DNA of 64,000 bases from Dehalococcoidia bacterium (GTDB lineage: Bacteria > Chloroflexota > Dehalococcoidia > Bin125). The stretch spans positions 2,432,001 through 2,496,000 of the forward strand of contig OY820591.1 in assembly GCA_963555985.3 (NCBI GenBank), given 5' to 3'. The position numbers were made by a program, and so were the translations under genes. Positions within the stretch are counted from its first letter, which is position 1. The number at the start of each line of letters is the position of its first letter. The notes beneath the pieces are model-generated. The model saw only the letters and a program-made list of their open reading frames with translations. It did no database searches and was not told where the DNA came from. Below, piece after piece: positions 19,225 through 28,761 of the stretch.

Positions 19225-20358
19225 CTACACGGGGAGGGCGGCGATGTCGATGTTGTAGAGGTTTTGGACGTTGCCCCAGACCATTTTGTTGACGTCTTCT
19301 TCGGGGACGCCTTCCATGATCTCGTCGAGGATGGCGCGGCTGTTGGGCCAGATGGCGTCGTGGTGGGGGTAGTCGTTGCCCCAGAGGAGGTTGTCGACGC
19401 CGATGCCTTCGCGGGTTTTGACGCCGATGGCGTCGTCTTCGAAGGTGACGTTGAAGTTGCGGTGGAAATACTCGCTGGGGAGCATCTCCAGCTCGGGGGT
19501 GCGGCCGACGGCGCGGGCGCGGTAGTAGGCGTGGTCCCAGCGTTCGAGGGTGTGGGCGATCCAGCCGGTCTCCCACTCGGCCATGACGAACTTGAGGTTG
19601 GGGTGGCGTTCGCAGACGCCGGAGGTGACGAGGTTGGAGATGGTGTTCCAGGCGGCGGAGTGGGCAAGGGTGTAGGAGACGACCTCGTCCCATTCTTTGG
19701 GCAGGCCCATGCCGGGCTCGGAGCCGCAGAAGATGTGCATGGTGAGGGGCAAGCCGACTTCTTCGGCGACGGTCCAGAAGGGTTCGTAGTGGGGGTCGGA
19801 GTAGGGCAGGTCGCGGGGGGCGGTGCAGGGGATGGCGACACCCTTGATGCCCATCTTGGCGCAACGCTCGAGCTCGGCGATGCCCATGTCGACGTCGCGC
19901 AGGGTGAGGCAGCCGACGCCGATCAGGCGTTCGGGGCTGTAGGAGCAGTAGTCGCGGATCCAGTCGTTGTGGCGCTGGAAGACGGCGTTGACGACCTCAA
20001 CGTCCTCGACCATGTAGGTGAGCATGTTGATCGAGGGGTACATGACCTCGCCGACGATGCCGTCGGCGGCCTGCTCGGAGAGGCGGGCGACGGGGTCTTT
20101 GACGCCTGGGTTGATCAGGTCCCAGCCGCGCTGCATTTTCTCTTTGGTTTCGGGCAGGTTGAGGTTGGCGCCGGCGATGCCGAGGCGTCCGACGAGCATG
20201 GCGAAGTCGATCTGGGGCCAGGCGAGGTAGACGCCCTCGCGGCCCTTCCAGCCGTCCACGACGCGGGGGGCGCGGTCGCCGTACTTGTCGACGAGTCCAT
20301 CGAAGACTTCGGGGGCTTCGACGACATGGGAATCGCAGGAGTAGATGATGTTGGACAC
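19225..20358 (-). CDS. Amidohydrolase_2 family protein
   Basis: SCDSHVVE, EVMYPS, YEPFW..AEE.GLPLTMH, HPNLKFVMAE, LWGNDYPHHD. Confidence 0.9.
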   Translation of the reverse strand: MSNIIYSCDSHVVEAPEVFDGLVDKYGDRAPRVVDGWKGREGVYLAWPQIDFAMLVGRLGIAGANLNLPETKEKMQRGWDLINPGVKDPVARLSEQAADGIVGEVMYPSINMLTYMVEDVEVVNAVFQRHNDWIRDYCSYSPERLIGVGCLTLRDVDMGIAELERCAKMGIKGVAIPCTAPRDLPYSDPHYEPFWTVAEEVGLPLTMHIFCGSEPGMGLPKEWDEVVSYTLAHSAAWNTISNLVTSGVCERHPNLKFVMAEWETGWIAHTLERWDHAYYRARAVGRTPELEMLPSEYFHRNFNVTFEDDAIGVKTREGIGVDNLLWGNDYPHHDAIWPNSRAILDEIMEGVPEEDVNKMVWGNVQNLYNIDIAALPV

Positions 20359-20486
20359 GGCTCAGTTCCTCTCGATGCGGGGATCAGGATAGCGGGCGCA
20401 TCGGGCTGACGTACCCCACTTGATGTCGTTCTTTATTTGATTCTCTTCTCGTTCTTAGTACCATACCTCAGGCTGGAGGGGTTCTC

Positions 20487-21407
20487 GTGCGTGCTCGATG
20501 GTTCGGCCTCGGTTTGTTGGTGAGTTTTGCAATCCTGGGAGCGATCGGTCTGGCCTCGCTCGGCGCCGAAGCGGACGAGCAGGAGGAGCCCTCAGCGACC
20601 GACGTATTGATTTCTCAGCTCACCGTCGAGCGTGAGTCGATCCGGGGTGTGCGCTACGACCGAGACGACTACATGCCGGACGGGTGGCAACCGGTCCGCG
20701 ACCAGTGCGATGTCAGGGAGATCGGACTGCTCACCGAAGCAGTGCTGATTGCTGGCGTCGATAATCGCTGTCAACCCCAATCCGGGGCGTGGTACTCATG
20801 GTTCGACGGCGAGAAGGTTTATCACTCGAGCCAGATCGACATCGACCACCTGGTGCCGCTCTCGGAGGCGCATCGGTCCGGAGCAGCGCTGTGGTCAGCT
20901 GAACAGAAGCGCGCGTACGCCAATGACCTGGAACTTGAAGCAGCGCTCGCTGCGGTATCGCGTTCGAGCAATCGCTCCAAAGGAGACTCCGATCCTGCCG
21001 GTTGGCGACCGCCGCTGCGCGGCGCCTGGTGTCAATACGCTCATGACTGGATTGCGGTCAAGTTGAAGTGGGAGCTCAGTGCGGACTCGGCAGAGGTAGA
21101 GGCGCTGCGCACCATGCTGGACACCTGCGAGGACGACTTTGAGCGATTGGACGAGCATCCCGAACGGGTCGAATTCATCTTCGGCCCGCTGACGACGCCC
21201 GACGAAGACGCTTCAGGCGACGGCGCTCCGCTGACCACCGAAACAGCCAATACGCCACGGGTCGTCACTTACGAGTCTTGCAACCAAGCGGAGAAGGCCG
21301 GCGTCGAACGCCAGCGAGGCAGCAAAGGGAACGGCCGAGGGTTCCCAGCCCACCTCGTACCGTCGGCTCGTGACGGTGATGGCGACGGAGTCGTCTGCGA
21401 GCGCTAA
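20487..21407 (+). CDS. Secreted HNH endonuclease (DUF1524-like) with C-terminal Excalibur-like calcium-binding domain
   Basis: Signal peptide; IDIDHLVPLSEAHRSGA, YAND, SNRSKGDSDP; C-terminal YESC...ARDGDGDGVVCE. Confidence 0.85.
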   Translation: MRARWFGLGLLVSFAILGAIGLASLGAEADEQEEPSATDVLISQLTVERESIRGVRYDRDDYMPDGWQPVRDQCDVREIGLLTEAVLIAGVDNRCQPQSGAWYSWFDGEKVYHSSQIDIDHLVPLSEAHRSGAALWSAEQKRAYANDLELEAALAAVSRSSNRSKGDSDPAGWRPPLRGAWCQYAHDWIAVKLKWELSADSAEVEALRTMLDTCEDDFERLDEHPERVEFIFGPLTTPDEDASGDGAPLTTETANTPRVVTYESCNQAEKAGVERQRGSKGNGRGFPAHLVPSARDGDGDGVVCER

Positions 21408-22456
21408 ACCTCTAGCGGGATTCCCATCTCCTCTGACAGCTCGCGCAGATCCTGCAGCGTCGAAGCCGGATAGATCACGTGTCCCGCCTCCATCCGCTCG
21501 TCGTAGGCGCGCTGCTCGATCTCGCCGGGGGCGAAGACTTCTTCGGTGTCGGGGAGTGGGTCGGCGGCCTTGATCTGTTCGACCATGTCGTCGACTTTGG
21601 CGGTGAAGTCGTCGGGGTCTCCGAAGATGGCGGGGTCGATCACGAGGAGGAATTGGCCGCGTTTGCCGATGTTGACGTCCTGGCTGTGGTAGCCGCCCGG
21701 GAGGGCTCCGGCGAGCAGGTTCATGAAGAGGCTGAGGCCGCTGCCTTTGTAGGCGGAGACGGCGCCTAAGGCGGGGATGACGCCTCCCATTGCGGTTTCG
21801 GGATCGGTGGTGGGCAGTCCTTCGAGGTCGAGGAAGCCCCATTCTTCGGGGATGGGGCGGCCTTCGGCGCGGGCGCGCATGACTTTGCCGAGGGCGACCG
21901 GGGTGAGGGCCATGTCGAGCACGACGGGCGGGCCGGAGGCTCTGGGTGCGGCGAAGGCCATCGGGTTGTTGCCGGTCATGCGCGTGCGGGAGCCGAAGGG
22001 CGCGAGGGTGGGCACACTGGTGGTGGTGCAGAAGGAGACGAAGCCCTCGGCGGCGGCCATCATCGGGTAGTAGGCGCCCATGCCCCAGTCGTTGGAGTTG
22101 CGGAGGGCGCCCAGGGCAAGGCCGGTTTCTTTGGCCTTGGCGATCGTGCGCTGCATGGTGCGGGCGACGATGAGTTGGCCGATGCCGCCGTCGCCGTCGA
22201 CGACGTGCGAGACCGGGGTTTCGGCGAGCGTGGCGAGGCTGGGGGTGGGGTTGTAGCGACCGTTTTGGAGGTGTCCGGCGTACCAGCCGAGGCGTTGGAA
22301 GCCGTGGGTGTCGACTCCGCGCAGGTCGGCGGTGAGTTGGATTTCGACGGTGAACTCGGCGTCGTCAGGGGGGACGCCGCAGGCTTCGTAGACGGCTTTG
22401 CCGAAAGGTCGGAGGGCGTCGAGGGAGACGATCTCGGTTGCGTCTTGGTCGGCCAT
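21404..22456 (-). CDS. Ldh_2 (malate/L-lactate/sulfolactate dehydrogenase) family oxidoreductase
   Basis: ADLRGVDTHG, DGDGGIG, GNNPMAFAAP, LDMA, YKGSGL, APGE. Confidence 0.9.
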   Translation of the reverse strand: MADQDATEIVSLDALRPFGKAVYEACGVPPDDAEFTVEIQLTADLRGVDTHGFQRLGWYAGHLQNGRYNPTPSLATLAETPVSHVVDGDGGIGQLIVARTMQRTIAKAKETGLALGALRNSNDWGMGAYYPMMAAAEGFVSFCTTTSVPTLAPFGSRTRMTGNNPMAFAAPRASGPPVVLDMALTPVALGKVMRARAEGRPIPEEWGFLDLEGLPTTDPETAMGGVIPALGAVSAYKGSGLSLFMNLLAGALPGGYHSQDVNIGKRGQFLLVIDPAIFGDPDDFTAKVDDMVEQIKAADPLPDTEEVFAPGEIEQRAYDERMEAGHVIYPASTLQDLRELSEEMGIPLEV

Positions 22457-22929
22457 TAGTCGCCGCCTTCGATCAGGCCGCCGTCGTCCATGCCGCGCGC
22501 TTGGGAGACGGTCTGGGCGGCGCAGACGATGAATTCGAGGTCGTCGGGGCCCTGGCTGTAGATCTGGTGGGCGATGTTGGCTGGGAAGAAGAGGAAATCG
22601 CCGGCCGTCGCCGTCGTGCGCCAGGGGCCGCAGTCGATCTCGGCGTTGCCCTTGAGGAAGTAGTAGACCTTCTCGATGTCCTCGTGGATGTGGCGCACGT
22701 TGGTCTCGCCGACGGGCAGGACGTTGTAGAGGACGAACTGAAAGGAGCTCTCGAAGCGGTCCTCGGCGGTGGTGAACATGCGCCGCGAGTGGATGTTGCG
22801 GCCGACGCTGACGGGATGGTCGGCGATGGGCTTGATGATGAAGCGGGCGTTGTCTGGGGGCGGGACCGGGTCGCCTTCGAGCGGGGGTGCGACGGGGGGC
22901 ATGGTGCGTTCGGGTCGTTGTTGGCTCAT
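22456..22929 (-). CDS. Cupin domain protein
   Basis: HIHEDIEKVYYFLKG and GDFLFFPANIAH cupin motifs; TAATG coupling to the Ldh_2 gene. Confidence 0.85.
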   Translation of the reverse strand: MSQQRPERTMPPVAPPLEGDPVPPPDNARFIIKPIADHPVSVGRNIHSRRMFTTAEDRFESSFQFVLYNVLPVGETNVRHIHEDIEKVYYFLKGNAEIDCGPWRTTATAGDFLFFPANIAHQIYSQGPDDLEFIVCAAQTVSQARGMDDGGLIEGGD

Positions 22930-22995
22930 CGCGTCCTCCTGATCGATACGTACGAGAGGCAGGATAGTGGGGGCTTCCCGTGCTCCGAGACCTCC

Positions 22996-23021
22996 GTCAT
23001 TCCGGCGCAGGCGGGAATCTC
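22996..23021. repeat. Single REP-like unit, family A
   Basis: GTCATTCCGGCGCAGGCGGGAATCTC. Confidence 0.7.
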
Positions 23022-23097
23022 GGCGTCAGGTGTTCAGATTCTGCTAGATTTGTCCAGATTTCGGAGGCGTTGTTCGGTGCGAGGGCGCCCCCATAAT

Positions 23098-23135
23098 CCC
23101 CTCTCCCTCCGGGAGAGGGCTAGGGCGAAGGTCCC
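23098..23135. repeat. REP-like palindrome (CCCTCTCCC/GGGAGAGGG type)
   Basis: CCCCTCTCCCTCCGGGAGAGGGCTAGGGCGAAGG; related to 26428-26487. Confidence 0.65.
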
Positions 23136-23194
23136 CATCTCCACTCCCCGACGCCCTCAGTGCCGTCCTCCCTGACGTCGTTTCAGACAGTTTA

Positions 23195-23219
23195 TTGCAT
23201 ATTTCACAAAATATGTGAA
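23195..23219. promoter_or_regulatory. AT-rich promoter/operator with inverted repeat TTCACA-N5-TGTGAA
   Basis: TTGCAT at 23195 followed by a palindrome at 23203-23219, upstream of the repeat-protein gene. Confidence 0.45.
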
Positions 23220-23321
23220 CTGCTGCTTGTGGCAGCACTAGATGATGAACCAGGCATGAGTCCACGAACGGCGGGCCCGAAGCGGCGCGGCGCGGTTTCC
23301 ACACTGATCTGTGAAGGGGTA

Positions 23322-25544
23322 GTGAGGCGGGGGGCGGCAACGCTGATCCTGCCGGCGCTGATCCTGATCGGCCTGTTGGCGGTCTACGGACAGGCGTCGG
23401 CGCAGGATCCGGGCGATCGCAAACCCGACCAGGATTTCGACACCTTGATCGCCCGGGACAACGATTACGGCCGAGGCATCTGGTCGGACGGGACGACGAT
23501 CTGGGTCACGGACCATCACTACGACAGGCTGTACGCGTACGACTTGGCCACAGGAACGCTCGCGGACGCGTCAAAGGACTTCAATACGCTGGGCGCCGCA
23601 GGCAACGATTCCCCGATCGGCATCTGGTCGGACGACACCACGATGTGGGTCGCAGACATCATAGACGACAAGCTCTACGCGTACAACTTGTCGACGAAGG
23701 CCAGGGACTCGGGCAAGGACTTCGACACCCTGAAGGCGGCGGGCAACCATTCCCCCAACGGCATCTGGTCGAACGGCATCACGATGTGGGTCGCAGACAA
23801 CGCCCTTGAGAAGCTCTATGCATATAACTTGTCAACGAAGGCCAGAGACTCGTCCAAGGACTTCGACACCCTGAAGGCGGCGGGCAACAACGACCCCACC
23901 GGCATCTGGTCGGACGGCACCACGATGTGGGTCGCGGACAACAGAGACGACAAGCTTTACGCTTACAACTTGTCAACGAAGGCCAGGGACTCGACGAAGG
24001 ACTTCGACACGTACTCGGCGGGCAGCGACCCATGGCCCACCGCCATCTGGTCGAACGGTACCACGATGTGGGTCATAGACTACGAAGACGACAAGCTGTA
24101 CGCGTACAAGATGTCCGACAATCTCGGAGACAGACACTCGGGCGAGGACATCTCCTTCCACAAGAGCCAGTCCACCCACAACGACTTCCCCAATGCCCTC
24201 GGGTCGGACGGCACCACGATGTGGGTCGCGAACCAACAAGGCCCCAACAACATTAAACTCTACGCGTACAAAATGTCCGACAAGTCCAGGGACTCGCTCA
24301 AAGATATCGACATAGCGTCGTTGAACCAATTTAACAATAATCCCCAAGGCATCTGGGCAGACAATACGACGATCTGGGTCTCAAACCGCAACCTCGCGTG
24401 GATCTTCGCGTACAAGATATCTGACAAGTCCAAGGATTCACCCAAGAATTTCTCATACTGGAAGCTAAACGGCGCGGGCAACAGCGAACCCAGAGGCATC
24501 TGGTCGGACGGCGAGACGATGTGGGTCGCGGACAACGAGGACGACAAGATTTACGCGTACAAGATGTCCAACAATCTCGGAGACAGAGACTCGGACAAGG
24601 ACTTCGACACCCTGAGCGCGGCGGGCAACAACGACCCCAGAGGCATCTGGTCGGACGGCGCCACGATGTGGGTCGTGGACCATGACGATCGCAAGCTTTA
24701 CGCGTACAAGATGTCCGACAAGTCCAGGGACTCGTCCAAGGACTTCCACACCCTGAGCGCGGCGGGCAATAATCACCCGACCGGCATCTGGTCGATTGGC
24801 ACGACTATGTGGGTCGCAAACAACGACGGCGAGGCCCCCTTCGACGGCAACCACAAGATCTACGCCTACCGCGCGTTCGACCCGCCGACTCAGAATCTCC
24901 GTACGGAGGATGAGCAGACGGAGTATGTCGGTCCGAGGGTCGACTACGGCAACCCGACCGCCTGGCCGCAGCTGTCGAAGCAGGACGACGCGCCGGGCCG
25001 TGCCCCGCCCGAGCGCGCCAACATCTGGTTCCCGGCCAGGGGTTCGAGCTGCGAGAAGGACGATCCACGCGCTTGGCCGCAGCCCGCGCTGGCGGTCGCG
25101 CCGGATCCGGCCCGGTGCGGGCTGATCGAGTTGCCCGCCGCGCTCCGCGAGCAGCTCGACAAGCCGCTGGTCGGCCGGACGGCGCTCGCCGTCTACGCCT
25201 CCGTCCGGCGCGAGAGCTCCAATCAGAGCGTGCGCGAGGCGAAGATCGAGGAGGGCTTCAGCGCCGCCGGAGCGATGTTGCAGGTCAAGCTCTGGCTGAT
25301 CTATCCACATCCTGAGCGGGGCTTCAACTCGATCTGGTGGCTGGGCCACTCGGGCGAGCTCGACCCGCCGCTCACGGTCTGCCTGCCGCGAGGTTCGGTC
25401 GCCGCGTCAGACGCGGCCATCGGCCATTACGACCGCGAGACGCGGACTTGGAAGGCGCTGCCCGGCCTGGCGACCGAGCGAGACGATCACGTCTGCGCTG
25501 CCGCGCCGCGACTCGGCTATCTCCGCCTCCTGCACAAGCGGTAG
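23322..25544 (+). CDS. Secreted protein with 10 tandem ~47-aa GIWSDGTTMWV repeats (probable beta-propeller) and a Cys-containing C-terminal domain
   Basis: Signal peptide ending ASA-Q from inferred GTG 23322; repeat consensus DFDTL.AAGN..P.GIWSDGTTMWVAD..DDKLYAY; DNA repeats every ~141-156 nt. Confidence 0.85.
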   Translation: MRRGAATLILPALILIGLLAVYGQASAQDPGDRKPDQDFDTLIARDNDYGRGIWSDGTTIWVTDHHYDRLYAYDLATGTLADASKDFNTLGAAGNDSPIGIWSDDTTMWVADIIDDKLYAYNLSTKARDSGKDFDTLKAAGNHSPNGIWSNGITMWVADNALEKLYAYNLSTKARDSSKDFDTLKAAGNNDPTGIWSDGTTMWVADNRDDKLYAYNLSTKARDSTKDFDTYSAGSDPWPTAIWSNGTTMWVIDYEDDKLYAYKMSDNLGDRHSGEDISFHKSQSTHNDFPNALGSDGTTMWVANQQGPNNIKLYAYKMSDKSRDSLKDIDIASLNQFNNNPQGIWADNTTIWVSNRNLAWIFAYKISDKSKDSPKNFSYWKLNGAGNSEPRGIWSDGETMWVADNEDDKIYAYKMSNNLGDRDSDKDFDTLSAAGNNDPRGIWSDGATMWVVDHDDRKLYAYKMSDKSRDSSKDFHTLSAAGNNHPTGIWSIGTTMWVANNDGEAPFDGNHKIYAYRAFDPPTQNLRTEDEQTEYVGPRVDYGNPTAWPQLSKQDDAPGRAPPERANIWFPARGSSCEKDDPRAWPQPALAVAPDPARCGLIELPAALREQLDKPLVGRTALAVYASVRRESSNQSVREAKIEEGFSAAGAMLQVKLWLIYPHPERGFNSIWWLGHSGELDPPLTVCLPRGSVAASDAAIGHYDRETRTWKALPGLATERDDHVCAAAPRLGYLRLLHKR

Positions 25545-25563
25545 GCCAACCCCCTCTTCCTCC

Positions 25564-25687
25564 GGAGACCTGCGCGTAGATCATTGATCGTCGGGATTCG
25601 ATCAGTTTTCGTACTTGCTGAGCAGATAGCCGGATGGATTCCCGCCTGCGCGGGAATGACGGAAATGGGGATTACGCGCAGGTCTCC
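25564..25687. mobile_element. MITE-like element with perfect 15-bp terminal inverted repeats, containing a family-A REP
   Basis: GGAGACCTGCGCGTA ... TACGCGCAGGTCTCC, flanked by TCC on both sides; internal GGATTCCCGCCTGCGCGGGAATGACGG. Confidence 0.6.
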
Positions 25688-25716
25688 TCCAGGAGGGGCG
25701 TCTCCCGCACTCGGCG

Positions 25717-26397
25717 CTAGAACGGCAAGCCGATCGCCTTCGTCAGGAACGCCATCCACTCCCTCGACTCGCGGAAGCGCTCGATTGAGTAGTCGACGAA
25801 GTTCGGCGCGGTCACGTCCTCGATGTCGAGGTAGTGGGTGATGATGAAGTGCTTGCGCTTGATGTCTTCGATTAGGGGGTGGTCGGCCTTGTAGCCGCGC
25901 GGGGGGCGCTTGAGGCTGTCGCCGTGACCGCCCAGCATCCAGTCGTCGGATTCGGTCAGCTGCTTGATTTCGAGCCAGTCGCGCGGGTGCTCGTCGATGG
26001 CGCGGCGGTAGGCGGCGAGCGCGTCTCGGTCGGGCATGTAGCTGCCCACCCCGATGAAGCAGTCGTCGACGGCGATGTGGATGTAATAGCCGGGCGCGTG
26101 GACGTCCTTGCCCGATTCATGCCGGAACTGGATGCCGACGTTGGTCTTGTAGGGCGACTTGTCGCGCGAGAAGCGGACGTCGCGGTAGATGCGCATCAGC
26201 GAGCCGCCCTGCTTGCGGTCGGAGGCGGTCATGTGCGGCGAGATCTCCGCGAGCGGGCCCGAAATCCGGCGGATGTAGTCCAAGGCCGGCTCGCGCAGGA
26301 CGGATTCGTAGTCGTCCTTATGGGCGTTGAACCACTCGCGGTCGTTGTGGCTCGCCAGCTCGACCAGAAAGTCGATCAGTTCTTCGCTGAAGGTCAT
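25717..26397 (-). CDS. DUF2461 (TIGR02453) family protein
   Basis: HNDREWFNAHKDDY, RIYRDVRFSRDKSPYK, LKRPPRGY. Confidence 0.92.
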   Translation of the reverse strand: MTFSEELIDFLVELASHNDREWFNAHKDDYESVLREPALDYIRRISGPLAEISPHMTASDRKQGGSLMRIYRDVRFSRDKSPYKTNVGIQFRHESGKDVHAPGYYIHIAVDDCFIGVGSYMPDRDALAAYRRAIDEHPRDWLEIKQLTESDDWMLGGHGDSLKRPPRGYKADHPLIEDIKRKHFIITHYLDIEDVTAPNFVDYSIERFRESREWMAFLTKAIGLPF

Positions 26398-26427
26398 GCG
26401 ACGCTTCCATTCTCTGCTTCCTGCTGG

Positions 26428-26487
26428 CCCTCACCCTAACCCCCGCATCAAGTGCGGGGCAGGCTCTCTCCCAGGGGGAGAGGGGAC
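26428..26487. repeat. CCCTCACCCTAAC..TCTCCC palindrome interrupted by a second hairpin
   Basis: Insert CCCCGCATCAAGTGCGGGGCAGGCTC at 26441-26466. Confidence 0.65.
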
Positions 26488-26495
26488 CACAGGGC

Positions 26496-27764
26496 TCAAC
26501 CGACGAGGGTATCGGGCGCATGATCGGGCGCGCGGTAGCGGCTGATCGAGCGCCACAGAATCCCAATCAGCAGCGTTGCGCCGAGTCCGATCGCGCCGCC
26601 CATGAAGTAGGTGTTGTCGACGCCGATCTCGTCGCCCCAGAAGCCGACCCAGATAATGCCGAGGTTGTTGGCGGTCTGGGCCATCAGGACCATCACGGAG
26701 AAGGCGCGCCCGCGCATCTCGTCGGGAGTGGTGAGGTGGACGGTGACCTGGCGGACAGCGACGGTGACGGCGTCGGCGGCGCCGAGCATGGCGATCACGA
26801 TCATGCCGGCCCAGAGCCAAGGGGCTGCGCCCAGAGCGAAGAGGAGAACGGCGTAGACGGCGGAGGCGGCCAGGACCATGATTCCCTTGGCGCGGTAGTT
26901 GACGAGGAAGAGCGCCAGCAACATGCCGCAGGCGGAACCGACGGCGTTGACGGTGCCCAACGCGCCGGCTGCGCCGACGCCGGCCATGAACAGTCCGGTC
27001 GCGATCAGGGGCAGAATCTCGCGGTAGTAGGAGATGATCGTGATGCCCCAGTCGAGGATGAAGAGTCCGGGCAGGATCGGGTGGCGAACGACGTAGCGCG
27101 CGCCCTCGATCACCATGCGGACGGTGGATTGGCGTGCGGAGACGGCGCGCGCGGACGTCTTGATCAGCATCGGCATGACGGCGGAGACGGCGGCGAACCC
27201 GGCCGCAACCCAGAGCATCCCAACGGCGTCGAGCGCCAGGGCGAGCACGGTCACGATGACGCCGCCCATGATCCAGCCGACCATCTGGGTGCTGGTGTCG
27301 AGGGTGACGGCGGCGCTGAGGTAGCGCCGGGGGACAACGCGGGGCGTGATCGTGGCGCGGGCGGGCGCGACGAAGGTTGCGAGGCCTCCGAGCGCGCCCA
27401 GGGCGACCCAGGCTTGCCAGAATTCGAGCATGTCGGCGGTGGCGGCGGCGGCGACCAGGATGAGGATGGTGAGGACGGCAACGTTCGCCGCCGCCATTAG
27501 CCAGCGGCGGTCGAAGCGGTCGGCCAATGCGCCTCCGTAGAGCACGGCAAAAGCCTGGATCGGGAGCTGGACGGCGCCGATGATGGCGACTTCAGTGAAG
27601 GAGTCTGCGCCGGTTTGGTCGAGGAACCACTGGGGGATGGCGATGAAGCGGATCTGCTGGGCGATGATCATGCAGAGCGCAGCGGCCCAGAGGATGCGGT
27701 AATCGCGGATCGCGAAGAGGCGGCGCAGGGGCGGCCGTTCGAGGCGCGGACCGTCGAGGCTCAC
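26496..27764 (-). CDS. MFS transporter
   Basis: About 12 TM segments; GGALADRFDRR motif A; TPDEMRGR. Confidence 0.92.
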   Translation of the reverse strand: MSLDGPRLERPPLRRLFAIRDYRILWAAALCMIIAQQIRFIAIPQWFLDQTGADSFTEVAIIGAVQLPIQAFAVLYGGALADRFDRRWLMAAANVAVLTILILVAAAATADMLEFWQAWVALGALGGLATFVAPARATITPRVVPRRYLSAAVTLDTSTQMVGWIMGGVIVTVLALALDAVGMLWVAAGFAAVSAVMPMLIKTSARAVSARQSTVRMVIEGARYVVRHPILPGLFILDWGITIISYYREILPLIATGLFMAGVGAAGALGTVNAVGSACGMLLALFLVNYRAKGIMVLAASAVYAVLLFALGAAPWLWAGMIVIAMLGAADAVTVAVRQVTVHLTTPDEMRGRAFSVMVLMAQTANNLGIIWVGFWGDEIGVDNTYFMGGAIGLGATLLIGILWRSISRYRAPDHAPDTLVG

Positions 27765-27865
27765 AGCGCGATCCGCCGCGTTTGGCGCTGGTAGGGCATA
27801 CTGATCGGCGTGTTTGGCATATCTGCCGAGGGTATCGCCCCTCGGAGCAGTGAAACGAGCGGATC

Positions 27866-28750
27866 ATGAAGGTCGGCGTCTACATTCCTCAGGTCGGCGG
27901 GGCGGCTAGTCCCGAGCAGATCAGCCTGGTTGCGCGGGCAGTGGAAGCGAACGGCTACGACTCGCTCTGGACGTTTGATCACGTGGTGCTGCGGCCCGAT
28001 CAAGGCTCGGACTACCCGTACTCGGAGGACGGGCGCTTCCTGATTCCGGCGGAGACGGCGTTTCTGGAGCCGCTGACGCTGCTGACGTATGCGGCTGCGG
28101 TGACGGAGCGGGTGGAGTTGGGTACGGCGGTGCTGGTCGCGCCGATGCGCGCGCCGGTGCTGCACGCGAAGATCATGGCGACGCTGGATCATCTCGCAGG
28201 CGGGCGGCTGTTGCTGGGCGCGGGCGTGGGTTGGTGGAAAGAGGAGTTCGAGGCGCTCTCGATGCCGTACGACCGGCGCGGGGCGCGGATGGACGAGTAT
28301 CTGCAAGTGCTGCGCGATCTGTGGGAGAACGAAATCGGGAGCTTCGCGGGCGAGTTCTACAACACCGAGGGCTGGTACTGCCGTCCGCAGCCGCCGCGCC
28401 GGGTGCCGATCTTGCTGGGGGGCAACAATCCGCGCCAGTTGCGGCGGGCGGGGCGGTTTGCGGACGGGTATCTGGCCAATCCGGCGATGCTGGACACGCT
28501 GGAGGAGGACTGGGCGCTGGTGAAGTCGGAGGCGGAGGCGAACGGGCGGGATGCGTCGGCGTTGCAGTTGGCGATCAACCGGATCACGGTGTTGTCGGAA
28601 TCGACGCTGGAGGAGGCTGCGGAGACGCTGGGAGAGATGAAGGGGCGCGGCTTCGATCATGCGATTGCGAATCTGCATCCGGCGTCGGATGCGGAGGCGG
28701 TGCTGTCGGAGTTTGCGGGGCGGTATCTGGGCGATCTGCAGAGTGGGTGA
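27866..28750 (+). CDS. LLM-class (probably F420-dependent) oxidoreductase
   Basis: GYDSLWTFDHVV, AAVTERVELGTAVL, TLDHLAGGRLLLGAGVGW. Confidence 0.92.
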   Translation: MKVGVYIPQVGGAASPEQISLVARAVEANGYDSLWTFDHVVLRPDQGSDYPYSEDGRFLIPAETAFLEPLTLLTYAAAVTERVELGTAVLVAPMRAPVLHAKIMATLDHLAGGRLLLGAGVGWWKEEFEALSMPYDRRGARMDEYLQVLRDLWENEIGSFAGEFYNTEGWYCRPQPPRRVPILLGGNNPRQLRRAGRFADGYLANPAMLDTLEEDWALVKSEAEANGRDASALQLAINRITVLSESTLEEAAETLGEMKGRGFDHAIANLHPASDAEAVLSEFAGRYLGDLQSG

Positions 28751-28761
28751 GGAGACTTCCG

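Noticed and set aside
23470-24870. Regular ~141-nt DNA repeats as a CRISPR array or DGR template/variable pair
   Set aside because: They are in-frame coding repeats without unique spacers; no cas gene or reverse transcriptase is in the window.
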